From Lytechinus pictus (Eukaryota), in assembly GCF_037042905.1 (NCBI RefSeq), contig NC_087245.1:15316001-15380000 (forward strand): a stretch of DNA of 64,000 nucleotides. Reading direction: 5' to 3'. Below, in pieces: positions 12,701 through 23,388 of the stretch. Below the pieces are notes generated by a model, which worked only from the letters and a program-made list of their open reading frames with translations, ran no database searches and was not told the origin of the DNA. Within the stretch, counting starts at the first letter, position 1. Each line of letters opens with the position of its first letter. The position numbers and the translations under genes are program-made.

Positions 12701-13422
12701 TATAACATTTGCTCTAATTGGACTTTTAATTGGGCGAAATAAATGAAAATATAGTGGGTATAACACCAACTGGTTATGAGACAAAATGGTCATGGACAAA
12801 ACTAGTGATTAGACAAAGTGATGATTGGACCGAATGGTTGATAGACAAAATGTTGATGGACGGAATGGCATAAGACTAAATGAAGGTAGACCATGTGGTG
12901 CGTGGGTGAGTTGGCAATAGACGAATTGCCAATTTGCCATTGAAAGTACTTCCCATATTCAACGCAGTACATTAAAAAAAGTTCTTAAAAAAAAAATCTA
13001 AAAAATTGTACAATGGGAAAGCTACGGATTGTAGTAGATAATTCAAATGTTGCAAGATTGTTTAAGATACAACACAGGAGTCAATTAACTTTGAATGAAC
13101 ATTTTCTCCAGTTTCTTCACTTTTCTGTCAGTAGTGTGTACATTCGTCAAGTCCATACTGTGTTACTCTTCTTATTATTATCGTCATCATTATCATTATT
13201 CACCAATCACCTTAAGCTATTTTCACTTACACTTTTCAGGTTAAAGATGGCCAAGTGGATATTCAAAAGGAATGCTCTTGTTGTCAGATTAGTCAAGATG
13301 CTAATGCAGTGAGAGAAGAGGTATTCACCATCCCATGCCCGGACAACACCACCATTGACATCTCCGTGCCTGTGATTACATCTTGTTCATGTCAACACGT
13401 TGAATGTCCAGCATTATCTTGA
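363..13422 (+). CDS. Gel-forming mucin-like gene, 3' portion (spliced; 9 coding exons seen; 5' end lies upstream of the window): CysD-PTS-CysD-PTS-CysD-CysD-PTS-cystine knot
   Basis: Exons 363-710, 1501-~1740, 3014-3361, 5018-5176, 6580-6957, 9235-9514, 11089-11219, 11912-12057 and 13240-13422 have AG/GT boundaries and compatible phases. They encode WxxW Cys-rich domains, Thr-rich repeats and a CTCK ending at TGA 13420-13422. Confidence 0.88.
1501..1740 (+). CDS. Mucin exon: Thr/Gly-rich (GTTT)n tandem repeat, copy 1; 3' boundary uncertain
   Basis: aatctag acceptor, then an open frame GTTTGTTIETTTGTTT... An in-frame TAA lies at 1794-1796, and the nearest phase-1 donor is the weak ACAG|gtacca at 1740. 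Confidence 0.65.
3014..3361 (+). CDS. Mucin exon: CysD/WxxW domain copy 2
   Basis: Near-identical to 363-710 (offset 2651), same splice sites, 348 bp. Confidence 0.9.
4040..4165 (-). mobile_element. Short insertion with an (AATTC)n tract, resembling a 5'-truncated LINE/SINE 3' tail
   Basis: Absent from copy 1 of the duplication; the minus strand reads ...AAATAAATTGAATTGAATTGAATT. Confidence 0.45.
4225..4977. mobile_element. 753-bp non-autonomous DNA transposon, P-superfamily-like
   Basis: Absent from duplicate copy 1 (empty site ATAATAT). Flanked by a 7-bp duplication ATAATAT (4218-4224, 4978-4984). Imperfect TIRs CAAGGAGGTTTC/GAATCTTCTTG; 11-bp subterminal inverted repeat AAGCCGCCAGT (4284-4294, 4850-4860). 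Confidence 0.8.
5018..5176 (+). CDS. Mucin exon: Thr/Gly-rich repeat, copy 2
   Basis: aatctag acceptor, CCAGAAG|gtagac donor, 159 bp, phase 1-1. Confidence 0.85.
5579..5642 (-). ncRNA. Type I hammerhead ribozyme motif (antisense to mucin)
   Basis: Minus strand reads CUUCAGUGUC-CUGAUGA-GCCGCUU GUGAUA GAGCCGC-GAAA-CCAUUGG-UA^GACCAGAGAUGAGG. Core intact; 7-bp stem II with one mismatch; mini stem III; stem I GUC/GAC plus CUUCA/UGAGG. Confidence 0.72.
5794..5857 (+). ncRNA. Type I hammerhead ribozyme-like motif (sense to mucin; possibly defective at the base of stem II)
   Basis: GUC-CUGAUGA(5804-5810)-G-CCGCC/GGCGG stem II-GAAA(5831-5834)-CC AUU GG-UA^ (5843)-GAC. The G10.1-C11.1 pair is missing. 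Confidence 0.6.
6580..6957 (+). CDS. Mucin exon: CysD/WxxW domain 3 plus short PTS (ECIPHMRLSCYWTIWFDDD...CADYEVRWHCC...PPPTETTTTVEPTTE)
   Basis: tttccacag acceptor, GAAG|gtaatc donor, 378 bp, phase 1-1. Confidence 0.9.
8559..9102. mobile_element. Non-autonomous fold-back DNA element, Kolobok-like
   Basis: Long inverted arms (ACAAATAATGAGAAAGTTATGAGCATTTGAATATTGCG and its reverse complement); termini TAAAGGGGAATGAAAACTTTGGGACA / TGTCCCAAGGGTTTTATTTTTCTTTAA. Confidence 0.7.
9235..9514 (+). CDS. Mucin exon: CysD/WxxW domain 4, first part (GCHIEEICEWTPWCDDED...CLDYRIR)
   Basis: ctaatag acceptor, ATCAG|gtaact donor (phase 2). Confidence 0.88.
9575..9690 (+). mobile_element. 3' fragment of SINE family B
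   Basis: Matches the reverse complement of about 37825-37930 (GTCGATCTGGCGCTG.ACAGCGGCTGCCG.GCCCA...). Confidence 0.7.
11089..11219 (+). CDS. Mucin exon: end of CysD 4 plus Thr/Pro-rich segment (FLCCRNETVGPNCPTTEPPSSTETPT...)
   Basis: ttacag acceptor (phase 2) completes R-FLCC; GAAG|gtatgt donor. Confidence 0.88.
11912..12057 (+). CDS. Mucin exon: C-terminal cystine knot part 1 (ACKPV...GNCSDTVYLMECSGGCPS)
   Basis: ttcaag acceptor (phase 1), GGG|gtaagc donor; CxGxC knot motif. Confidence 0.85.
12071..12480 (+). mobile_element. Helentron/HINE-like non-autonomous element with two ~170-bp internal units
   Basis: T-rich start with hairpin TTTTTGCCTCGCCTGCA...GAGACAAAAA; repeated unit CATAACTT.GAAAGT..ATGGA..TAGTTCATAAAACATGG. 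Confidence 0.5.
12539..12938. repeat. Fold-back element made of short degenerate ~15-17-bp repeats (TTTGGTCTA / TAGACCAAA) in inverted orientation
   Basis: Left half has CCATTTGGTCTA-type units and right half has TAGAC(C/A)AA units; related remnants near 15320-15485, 22050-22190 and 22510-22640. Confidence 0.6.
13240..13422 (+). CDS. Mucin last coding exon: cystine knot part 2 (VKDGQVDIQKECSCCQ...IPCPDNT...ITSCSCQHVECPALS*)
   Basis: ttttcag acceptor (phase 0); CSCC and SCSC motifs typical of mucin/VWF CTCK; stop TGA. Confidence 0.88.
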   Translation, partial: VKDGQVDIQKECSCCQISQDANAVREEVFTIPCPDNTTIDISVPVITSCSCQHVECPALS

Positions 13423-13752
13423 GGGCAAATATATATCCATCATGTCGCACACACTGCTTCATCTCGACAGTAGACTTGGATTGCATTCTAATTTGTAATA
13501 TTTCTAAATTGTATTTTACAAAAATGTTCATTTTTTTCAGTGATAATATACCACTTGATAACATAAAAGGTCCTTTGCAGAGGAGTAATAGTTTGAGACA
13601 ATTCTTTCTGTTGCATAATGCAGACCTTCGTGAATCACTGCCTGTGGTAATCCTTCCTCCTTTTCTTCGGTTAATTGATACAAGTGCAAATGTGAGCTGA
13701 TTTTTTCAATATTCTGACCTGAAAAGAGATCTAACAAGGATTGTTTAAAGTG

Positions 13753-13758
13753 AATAAA
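13753..13758 (+). promoter_or_regulatory. Candidate polyadenylation signal (AATAAA) for the mucin gene
   Basis: AATAAA about 330 nt after the stop; followed by (TTGAA)n. Confidence 0.35.
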
Positions 13759-15804
13759 GCATTGAATTGAATTGAGTCACAACCTTGTTATAACTGGTTG
13801 ATCATTGACCAATATGTGCTTGTTAAAAAAAACTATGAAGGATAAATGTAATGGAGTAATTCTTAATTGAGAAAATCAAGTTTTTCTCGGATGTCATCAA
13901 ATGAATGTCAATTCATCAACAAGTTTCTGTTCTTTTGACCAGTGTGCTGCCCAAGGGTTTATTTGACACAAATTTTTCTGACCATGGACATGTTGTTTGC
14001 AATTCATTTGCGTAGTCTGCTAAATACCGCCTAGTTTTGATCCATTTATTGTCTACCTTAATTCTCTTTTATTTCATCGATGATTTTCTTGAATCCATAA
14101 ATAGTAATATGCATGTTATTGATCATTTTACAATCAGTTCACACAATGCGTATTCAATAAATTTGCTGTGTTGTACACAGGCTTCCATTTTTCCCGCTGA
14201 TATTGTAAGTTAAAGTTAAAATGTAATTCAAACAACGGCTTCCGTTAAGATGTTATAATTAATTTAATTCATTTAGTTTTGATAATTACAGAGGCTGAAA
14301 AGGGGATTTGACATCAATGTCCCAAATTTACAACTGAAGTTTAAAACCCTACCAAGGTTTTTTTGAGCATGTGTACAAACTGAATGTGATCCAATAATAC
14401 AAATTGTAGGTGCGCTTTAAAGAGCATGATGAGGGCGAGGGTGTTGTACCCACTTGCCTAGTTAAAAATTCCTTTGTGAATTCAGACCAATGTGTCTGAG
14501 TGGTGAAATGACCTGCATGTAAAGTGATATGGCTCTTGTGAAGAGGTTTGGAACTTATTTATGTGTAATATATGACTATTTATTTACTGGCTGATTTGTG
14601 AATGCATCCTTTTGCAATCGTTACAATTAAAAAGGAGCTCATTGTAGCGCTATTAGAACTGCATAACACTAGTTAAAGGGTCAATATTTTGTGTGAATTA
14701 CCATGTAAGTGAAGTGAAAAGTAAAGTTTTTACTTGCAGATTGCAAATGTGAAAATGTGATTTTAGAGTGCGTAGCGCAGTGGGAATTAAAAGAAAATAT
14801 AGTCAAGATGAGTCAGTGGAGTGAATTTTTTTTTGTGGGGAGATATTGAGAATCATTCATTGATTATAGCATTCATGGTCATATTGTGTATAGACATGTA
14901 TGTGTGGGTGTTTGTGTGGTTATGGGTGTTGGTGAGTGAAGTTGTGCAGAGTGCACACGCAAAGGTGTGTGGGTGTGTCTGTGTGCACTTGGTTGTGATT
15001 TGCACATGCCGGTCCAGCTCTTCAGAGTGATATTCCTCTAGATGTGGTTATACTGATACTTAACTGATTTTGAAAAAAATGAAATATATATGTAGATTTT
15101 TTTTTCATTTTTAAATATACAACCATTTGTTTTTTTTTTTTTTTGGGGGGGGGGGGAGGCTGTAGACCCGTTGACTTCAATGCCGGCATTACCGCCCCCT
15201 TTCACTATCCTATATCATCGATGAGCAATTCAACGAATGCACAAGATCAAGCAGATTTTGTGTCCTTGCTCCATTATTTCATGGGTCTACCAGCCGTAGT
15301 TAGTGAATTATCGATTGGTATATGACCACTTGGTCTAATTGTCAGTTTGTCCAACTTCACATGGTCTAACTAAACCCATATCATCCATAACAAGTTCGTC
15401 TGCTATCCAATTTATCTGATTCCCAATTGGTCTTATATTCAATTCATCTAATGACTAGTTGGACTTGAGGCAATTAGTCTACTACGTCAAACCCTCGTTT
15501 GGGAGACAACCGCTGCTCAGATTTGAACTGAGGTTTTATACCTCAGTTTAAAAAACCTTGTTAGAGGTTCCAAGTTCTATCAATCCTGCATGGCCAGGTT
15601 AATCCCTCTTATATAACTTTTCACCTCCGCAGGCAGGCCTGAGCGCCGAGCCAGGGTTAAACGATAAACAGCAGCTGTGATATTATGTAAGAGCAACTCT
15701 GCCCTTCAAAATGAAATTATTGTATTTGATGTTTAATCAAGTTTTCAAAGGTATATTGTATTTAGAAATCCAATGTTTCAATGTTTCATTTGTTTTCAAT
15801 TTCG

Positions 15805-17021
15805 AACAAAGGCAGTCAGTCGGCAGGTCCTCAAAAAGTAGCTTCTTTTATTCAAGTGATATTCATAAATACCTCTCTTTATTTGGCCATTGTTGCTCTA
15901 AATATTGAACAAATTTCAAAATTATGTGTAGAAGTTTAGTGAACTTCATGAAGCTTTGCCAGATGGAAGAAAAAAAATAAAAATCGGCAACAAAAAAAGA
16001 AAAGCATTTTATGTGAATTTTGAAAAATGTGCATAAATCAATTTTGCATAAATTTGCATAAAAATTTTTATAGTCAAAATTTTAAAAATCCTGTGTAGAA
16101 GTTTGGTGAACCTCATGCAGCTCTACCAGTTGGAATAAAAAAAATAGAATCGGTCGACAAATAAAGAAGTAGAGGCATTTTCTGTGATTTATGAATAAAT
16201 TTCGCATAAATTAGCATAAATAATTTTCTACTCAAAAGTTCAAAATTCTTTGGAGAAGTTTGGTGAAAATTATGAAGCTCTATCAGATGGAAGAAAAAAT
16301 CAAAATCGGTCAACAAATATAGAAGAAGCATTTTATGCGAATTTTAAGAAATACGCATAAATCGATTTTGCATAAATTAACATAAAAATTTTTCTAGTCA
16401 AAATGTCAAAATTCTGTGTAGAAGTTTAGTGAACCTCATGCAGCTCTACTAGATGGAAGAAAAACAATCGGAATCGGTCAACAAATAAAGAAGTGGCATT
16501 TTCTGAGATTTATGAATCAATTTCGCATAAATTAGCATAAATACTTTTCTACTCAAAAGTCAAAATTCTGTGTAGAAGTTTGGTGAACTTCGTGAAGCTC
16601 TATCAGATGGAAGAAAAAATGAATAAAATCGGTCAACAAAGAAGGAGAAGAATTTTATGTGAAGTTTGAAAATACGCATAAATCAATTTTGCATAAATTA
16701 GCATAGCAATATCTCTGGTTTAAATTTCAAAATTCTGTGTAGAAGTTTGGTGAACCTCATGAAGCTTTACCAGATGGAGAAAAAAAAATCAAACTTGGTC
16801 AACAAAGGAGAAGCATTTTATGTGAATTTTGAAAAATGCGCATAAATTAGCATATTTAATGAGTTTCAAAAGTCTGTGTAGAAGTTTTGAATCCCCCACC
16901 TAGTGCTCTATAAAGCAAACAGAATTGAATTAGGACTTGAAATGACGAAGAAGCCTTGATTTTCAAATTGTGGACGGACGCCACACCACGGCATAAGCTC
17001 ATCGGGCCCGAAGAGCTAAAA
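15805..17021 (-). mobile_element. Helentron/HINE-like element containing a satellite-like array of about 7 x ~160-bp units
   Basis: TGTGTAGAAGTTT.GTGAAC recurs near 15925, 16092, 16251, 16415, 16569, 16737 and 16875. The minus-strand end reads TTTTAGCTC-hairpin-GAGCTTATG...CGTCCGTCC. Confidence 0.75.
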
Positions 17022-17236
17022 GTCATTCTTTCAGGTCATGTGTCTGGATTTTTACAAAAGATTTTGTAATATAGATGAAACTGTTGATACAAAATACAAT
17101 GATACAAAATAATTATTTTCATGCAACAAAATTTGTTTTTACACTTAATTTCTGTTTGAGCCCAAGTAATTTTTAGATTATGATAAAGCTGAAGTTCTAA
17201 GCTTTAATATGTTATAGGTTTTATAAGAAGAGTTAT

Positions 17237-17535
17237 TTTAGATGGGTCAGCAGCCAGCTTTTCATAGGCCAAGTACACCTAGCGGCTTAAAAACGAGAAT
17301 ACTGCGCTCTGATTTTGTCAGAGAATACACACCCACGTAATTTCCAACGTTTCCACACTGGACCATTGCAAGGTCACTCACACTCACCATGTGGTAATCT
17401 CTTCAAATTACCCGCGCCTGTTGTTTTGAAAACATTATTCAGCCAATCAGAATTCTGGATTTTATGCTACTCAGAAATTTCAGAAATCTTGTCTTGTATC
17501 TTGATGAAAAATGCTGGTTGCTGACCCATCTAAAA
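17237..17535. repeat. Degenerate inverted repeat (MITE remnant)
   Basis: TTTAGATGGGTCAGCAGCCAGCTTTTCAT vs ATGAAAAATGCTGGTTGCTGACCCATCTAAA. Confidence 0.55.
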
Positions 17536-17959
17536 GATACCAGATATCAAGAGTACGTGACATTGTAAGAAAGTAAAGAGTTTGAGATCTCTGGTGGTAT
17601 AATTAGTATTTTTATCCAAAACAAAAAGCTTTGCACAATTAGCAAGAGAAAACACAGGATGAAAATTCTGTTTGAGGCATCTTTTCAGGCCAGAAATTCA
17701 CTTGTTTAAAAAAATATTTTATCTAAAATAATAACCAGTATAAAAGAGTAATATTTATTCTTTCATATGGTACAAAATAATTAATTTACTTGAGGAGAAA
17801 GTGGTTAAATTATTTGAGAAAGAAAGTCTCACAATTCACAAGATTTTGCAGGGATATGAATTCAGCCACGAGAGGATTTGGATAAATCTTGTTCATTGGC
17901 TCATTAGCATAGGGACCTGCAGACTGACTGCAGAAAATCGACCTCGAAATAAGGAAACT

Positions 17960-20245
17960 AAACTGGGTTCTAAAAGAAGCTTATCAACTTTACAAAGGCA
18001 CTGCACAAATTCCCGTCCGTCAAAACGAACAATATTTTTTTTACAAAGGCTAGCTTCAATAATAAAAAGAGCATTAGGTTTAAAATGGAAATTTCTGGTA
18101 ACAAGCTGATTTTTTTCCGGATAGGTCCTGGAATGTGTAAAAAAAACAAACATAGTAACAGTCCTCATAAATCCTCCGTGGGGGGTTTCCGTAATCCAAG
18201 TTGGCATCCAAAATGGCCGCCATTCACAGAAATGGGCACAACTCACTCATTATCATACTAGACATCAAATTTTGGTGCATATTTCATGGTTTAAATGGGT
18301 AAAAAGATCCAGTGATATAGGTTAGAGTGAAAATAAGCAGACCATGCAATTAAGGTACCTAAAAATCAAAGATGGCGTCCAAAATGGCTGCCAAAGCCTT
18401 GTCTTTAATTTTGTATCTACTTAATGGTTTTAATGGTCAAATAATAAATTGGGACAATTTAGAAGGACATTCAGTGGTCAAGTATGTCCAGAAATCCAAG
18501 ATGGCTTCCAAAATGGAGTCTGAAATTACTGTTTTTACTTACGAATGGACATAGTTAATTTTATATCAGCCTGAGATATATGATTTTTGCGTCTAAACCA
18601 TGGTTTGAAAGTTTAAATAATACATTTGGACAAGTTAAAAGGACATTCAGTGGTCAGGTATGTCTAAAAATACAAGATGGCTTCCAAAAATGGAGTCCAA
18701 ATTGACTGCTGGTACTTAAAAAAACTACATACTTTATTTAATATCTGCCTGTGAGGTATGATTTTGGTTTTTAACCCATGGTCTAAAGAGCCAAATGAAA
18801 CATTGCGACAACTTACAAGGACAGTCAGTGGTCCAGTATGTCCAAAATCCAAGATGGCTTCCAAAAATTGAGACTAAAATGGCTGATTTTTCATATAAAA
18901 TAAAGTTAATTTCATGTGTCAAATAATATTTGGGACAGCTTATGATGATATGCAATTGTCCATTTTGCTTCATAAACCAATATGGCTTCCAGTATGGCGT
19001 TTAACTCTCATCGCTTAAAATAGTCATACTCAATATTTACCTTTGAAATATTTTTTTCCTGCACTATGGTTTGAAATGTCAAATATGTATTAAGGACAAG
19101 TCGCAAGAATGTTCATTTTTACATTATTATGTGCAAAATGATTCCAAAATTGGGCAAAAATGCCTGCTGTTACCTACTCCTAAATCGATAAGATTACTTT
19201 TCCCAAATGTATTTAAGCGTAGACACCACAATTATTCCTCACATGAGGATATTGTATGAATTACGATAATTTTTTAAGTGATTGGAGTCATTTACATGCC
19301 ATTTTGTAAGCCATTTTGGATTTTTATGAAAAAAGGACAACTGCATTATCATTGTTAAAAATCCCAAAATATAATTTGACCCTTCAAACCATGGTTTAGA
19401 CACTAAAATCATGTATAACAGGCAGATATTAAATGAACTTTGTCCATTTGTATGTCTCAGAATGCATTTTATTACTATTATTATTATTATCTTGGATTTT
19501 TTAGGTACCTTAATGGTCTGCTTATTTATCACTAGATCTTTTTACCCCTTTAAACCATGTGAGTTATGTCCATTTTCTGTGAACGGCGGCCATTTTGGAC
19601 GCCATCTTGGATTACGGAAAAACCACACGGAGGATTTAAGAGAACTTTTAGTATGTTATTCTAGATATTTTCCTGGACCTATCCTTTAAAAAATTCAGCT
19701 TGTTACCAGAAATTTGATTTCTTAAGCCAATTTTGGACCAAAATTATTGGCCTCTGTTACTGATTACGAGATTGGCTCAATCACAGAGAGGATATAGCCC
19801 CTCACATCGATTGGTGTCAGAATCCAAAGTCGCAAAATGGCAAAAGAAAGATCAATGAAAATATGATAGGATTAAACAAGATTCCCAGCTTATTACACAT
19901 GTCCTTCATGGGTAAGTGTAATGATTGGCTCAATCACAAAGAAGCTACAGTAAATACGTCAAAATATGAAATGACAACCAATCACACACAAACCTCCTGG
20001 TGATGTCCCGGCAAGCGGGGATAATCTGAACACGGTATTTGTCTGTCTCACTCAGCCACAAACAGATAACACCGTGTTTTACGACTTTGGATTCTGTGAT
20101 TGAACCAATCTCATAATTATTGACGTGTGGCTTGTAAAGATTATTGAAGCTAGCCTGTGTAAAACATTGTTCATTTTGACCGAGTGGAATTTGTGCAGTG
20201 CCTTTGTAAAGTTTGATAAGTTTATTTTGGAACCCATGCAGTTTT
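17960..20245. mobile_element. Outer fold-back element interrupted by the 18069-19754 element
   Basis: Arm 17960-18063 (CTTTACAAAGGCACTGCACAAATTCC...GGCTAGCTTCAATAAT) is the reverse complement of about 20140-20245; further internal inverted segments lie at 19760-20120. Confidence 0.7.
18069..19754. mobile_element. ~1.7-kb non-autonomous DNA transposon with long TIRs and internal ~180-bp repeats carrying CAAGATGGC motifs (possibly Sola-like, GAG...CTC ends)
   Basis: AAATTTCTGGTAACAAGCTGA...CCTCCGTG...TTTCCGTAATCCAAG...CCAAAATGGCCGCC at the left is mirrored at 19560-19720; CAAGATGGCTTCCAAAA repeats near 18500, 18675 and 18850. Confidence 0.75.
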
Positions 20246-22699
20246 TGTCATTAAAAGAATAAAAATGACGGCATGTGCTGGCGAGCAGAGTTCGCTGGAA
20301 GAAAGAACGAAAGATAGAAAGCCGAAGGAAGTAAGGAAAAACAACATTGAAAGAAACAAAAAGAAAGGTAAAGAAGTAAAAGTAAGAGGAAAGGAGAATA
20401 TAAACATAAAGAGAGAGAGAGATATCGAGAGAAGGGGAGGGAAAATTTGGGCGGATGAGTCAACAACAGAAATATCATCATGATCATAAGGGGATGAAGG
20501 ATTGAATTTATTCAGCTGACTCTACCGAATATTAATTCGTTATTGAACAAACAATTCTGATATATACATGAAATATATACTATGTTCATAGTACTTAACA
20601 TAAATCACCATGTGATGTCGCATATAAAGAGGCGTTACAAGCACGAAATATAGAATGGTAATACACAATTTGGTAATTGCCATTGTAAAAATCAAGGATT
20701 GGGATAATCGTGTTTATCAACGATCTGGATATTTGGATAAAATTTATATAAATCTAAAAACTTACTAACAAAAACTATAAATGTAAGAAATAGATAACAT
20801 GGTATACGAGTACTCGGGCAATAGGAAACGAGGTTAATAGATTCTCCCGCACAACCCTCTTCTTTTTTTCTGAAGTTTGCCAAGTAACTTATTACGAAAC
20901 ATAATACGAATACCCCATGCATGATGCACAAAATAATAGATCTATGAAATGAATAAATATTAGAAAATGATAAATATATATGAACATCGAATGGAGGCCC
21001 TTATATGTATGTACATCGTTATACCAAGGCCAGGTCGCAGAAAAAGATGCGTTAAAACCTAGTCCGTAATACGCGCGTTTCATTAGATAAATATCAAGAT
21101 GAGTTTCATTTTGGGAGCTGCGTTTTAGTGATGGCAACTTTTTATGCAAATGCATTGGCCTAGTCTGTGAACAACATCTCTTTTTTGATATATAAGAGAT
21201 ATTAAAAAAAGTAATATAATATATAAATAGCCATTTGAATACGATTACTTTTCAGGGTTCTGTTGCATATACAAGTTACTAATCGATGCAAGTAAAAAAC
21301 ATGGACCCTATGTGTCAATTTAAATGAAAAAAAAAAGATCAACTTACGTTGTTTCATTGGATTGAATGATCGGAAAGTTTGGTGCACCAGACCCCTCTAA
21401 GTTATAATTGTGCGATGTTTCATGAAGCTTTTCATTATTAACTTTCCCATGTACTTACAGCAACTGAAAAAGTAAATACTAAATCGTTTCCCTCAGCTTA
21501 AATAGTTATTTCATGTGACATCTCTTACTTAAATGGTAAATGATTACTTTTTCCATAACTATATTGTTTAAATGAAAAAAATTAGTTGATGACATTAAAT
21601 ATGACGAAAGTCAAACCCACGTGTATTTAACATGATCTAGCCGTTTGTAAAGTCCTACGCAATACCGCATGACTTCCATAAACTCCAGAAACTGCCTGGT
21701 TATGGGCGACTGTTTTATGTACAGGTATGTAATTATAATGGTTTCCTTTTATGTGCACAAATGAGGTATAGTTTATAATACAACAAATTGACTTATACAA
21801 ACCTATATACGAAAAACATGAAAATATTTTTATTCAAAACAATTATGTAATTAGCAAAATGTCCGTTTCATATACCACCGACGGGGCCATCTACAAACAT
21901 TGGAATGATATAAAAATATCAATAAATAGTTCAAATAGTACAATAATTTACTCCCCTATTCTTAAATTAATTATTTGCATTATCACTAATTTGAGGAGCT
22001 AGAAGAAAATGAAATAATGGTGATGACATGTGACACGAACGGGTAGCTGTCGTCCCTGGTATTTGGTCTACATTCTCTTTGCCTACCGCCCGTATGGTCT
22101 AGTCCCATTGAGACCAAATGTGATACCAGTTCGTCTAATAACATTAAGGTCTAATCGGCACTTTATCTATTTACCATTTCGTTTAATTCCCATTAAAGCT
22201 AACGATGAATCCGACTTCAGAGCACTGCAACTTATGGCGGCCATAAAGGGGGCGAAATCAGTTTTCCCACAAGAGTTCCGGACCCCAATATGAATATTCA
22301 TGACTTGCGTCTTGCGGCGAGGGGAGGGGGGGGGGGGGCTTCCAAAGAAGAATAAAAGCACTCATTTTCAATGGGTTTGGCAATGAGCCAGGTGCGTTGC
22401 TATGTCAAAGCATACATTATCTTTTATTAGGTATACTTGAAGACCCCCCACCCCCCGTTTTAATTACCACAAAAAATACATCCAAACCAAATTGGTCCAG
22501 AACCCAATATCCACTTCACCTAACACAACTAAATCGGTATAGATCGGTATAGATGAAGTGTTTATGAAATCAATTTATGCATTGGACAAAATACAAAAAA
22601 TAATGAGATGAAGAGGAAATTACACCAACTGTGATTTTTACATTTTTAATTTTTATCATGACTTGCCATTGCTCTAAAAAATGTTGGAAAGGCAAAAAT

Positions 22700-22870
22700 G
22701 GTGGTGATTTTGTTTTACCTGATTGCTAAGAAAGCATGAATGCTTGTAAGCAAGCAACCAGAGGACCGACGTCTGAAGGTCCTCTCTGAGGGACCTGTTA
22801 ATGAGGATTAATGCCTTACCAAAGGGCACTAGCGCACCAAGTGGGAATCAAACCCGGGTCACTCCGCGCC
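22700..22870 (-). mobile_element. tRNA-derived SINE family A
   Basis: Reverse-complement copy of 27310-27520; B-box-like GGTTTGATTCC. Confidence 0.8.
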
Positions 22871-23226
22871 TTCAATGAGCCAGAATAAAAATGACTGCTA
22901 CATATCCTAGATGGTATTATTTATCCTGAAACTTTGTTATTTTTATCACGACATACTTCATTTCTGTTGGAGTAATTAATAGTGGTCTAAAAATTGAAAA
23001 TACCAAATATTGGCACCGGAAGAACTGATGCTGAAATAGCAGGCGAAGTTCCACTTAGAACACAATACATCCTGTGCATAATCTGGGCTGAAAATCTCTT
23101 CGACTACAGAGAATATTCGACAGAAGGTCGACTCATTCAGATTTAATATTTCCCTAGTGTTATTATTGCGAGGAGTATTGAGTTAACCGACAATGAGGCT
23201 GCTTCTCTTTGGGGGTAAGAATGGTG

Positions 23227-23388
23227 TTATCGTAAATTGATGACATCATCAATCCACTCTAGAAGTTCTGTTACCCGTGTGTAAAAGTTTGGACTATAGG
23301 GAGCACCACATTCGGCGCCGCCTGAAACTATACCGATAATGTACCAAGAACCGTCCTTCTCAACCACTAGCGGGCCTCCAGAATCTCC
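23227..23388 (-). CDS. Protease last exon with catalytic Ser (GDSGGPLVV...[35 protein letters not shown])
   Basis: ttgcag acceptor; GDSGGP; stop TAA. Confidence 0.93.
   Translation of the reverse strand, partial: GDSGGPLVVEKDGSWYIIGIVSGGAECGAPYSPNFYTRVTELLEWIDDVINLR

Noticed and set aside
15910..16900. CRISPR-like array
   Set aside because: Whole ~160-bp units are homologous with no unique spacers, and the context is eukaryotic.
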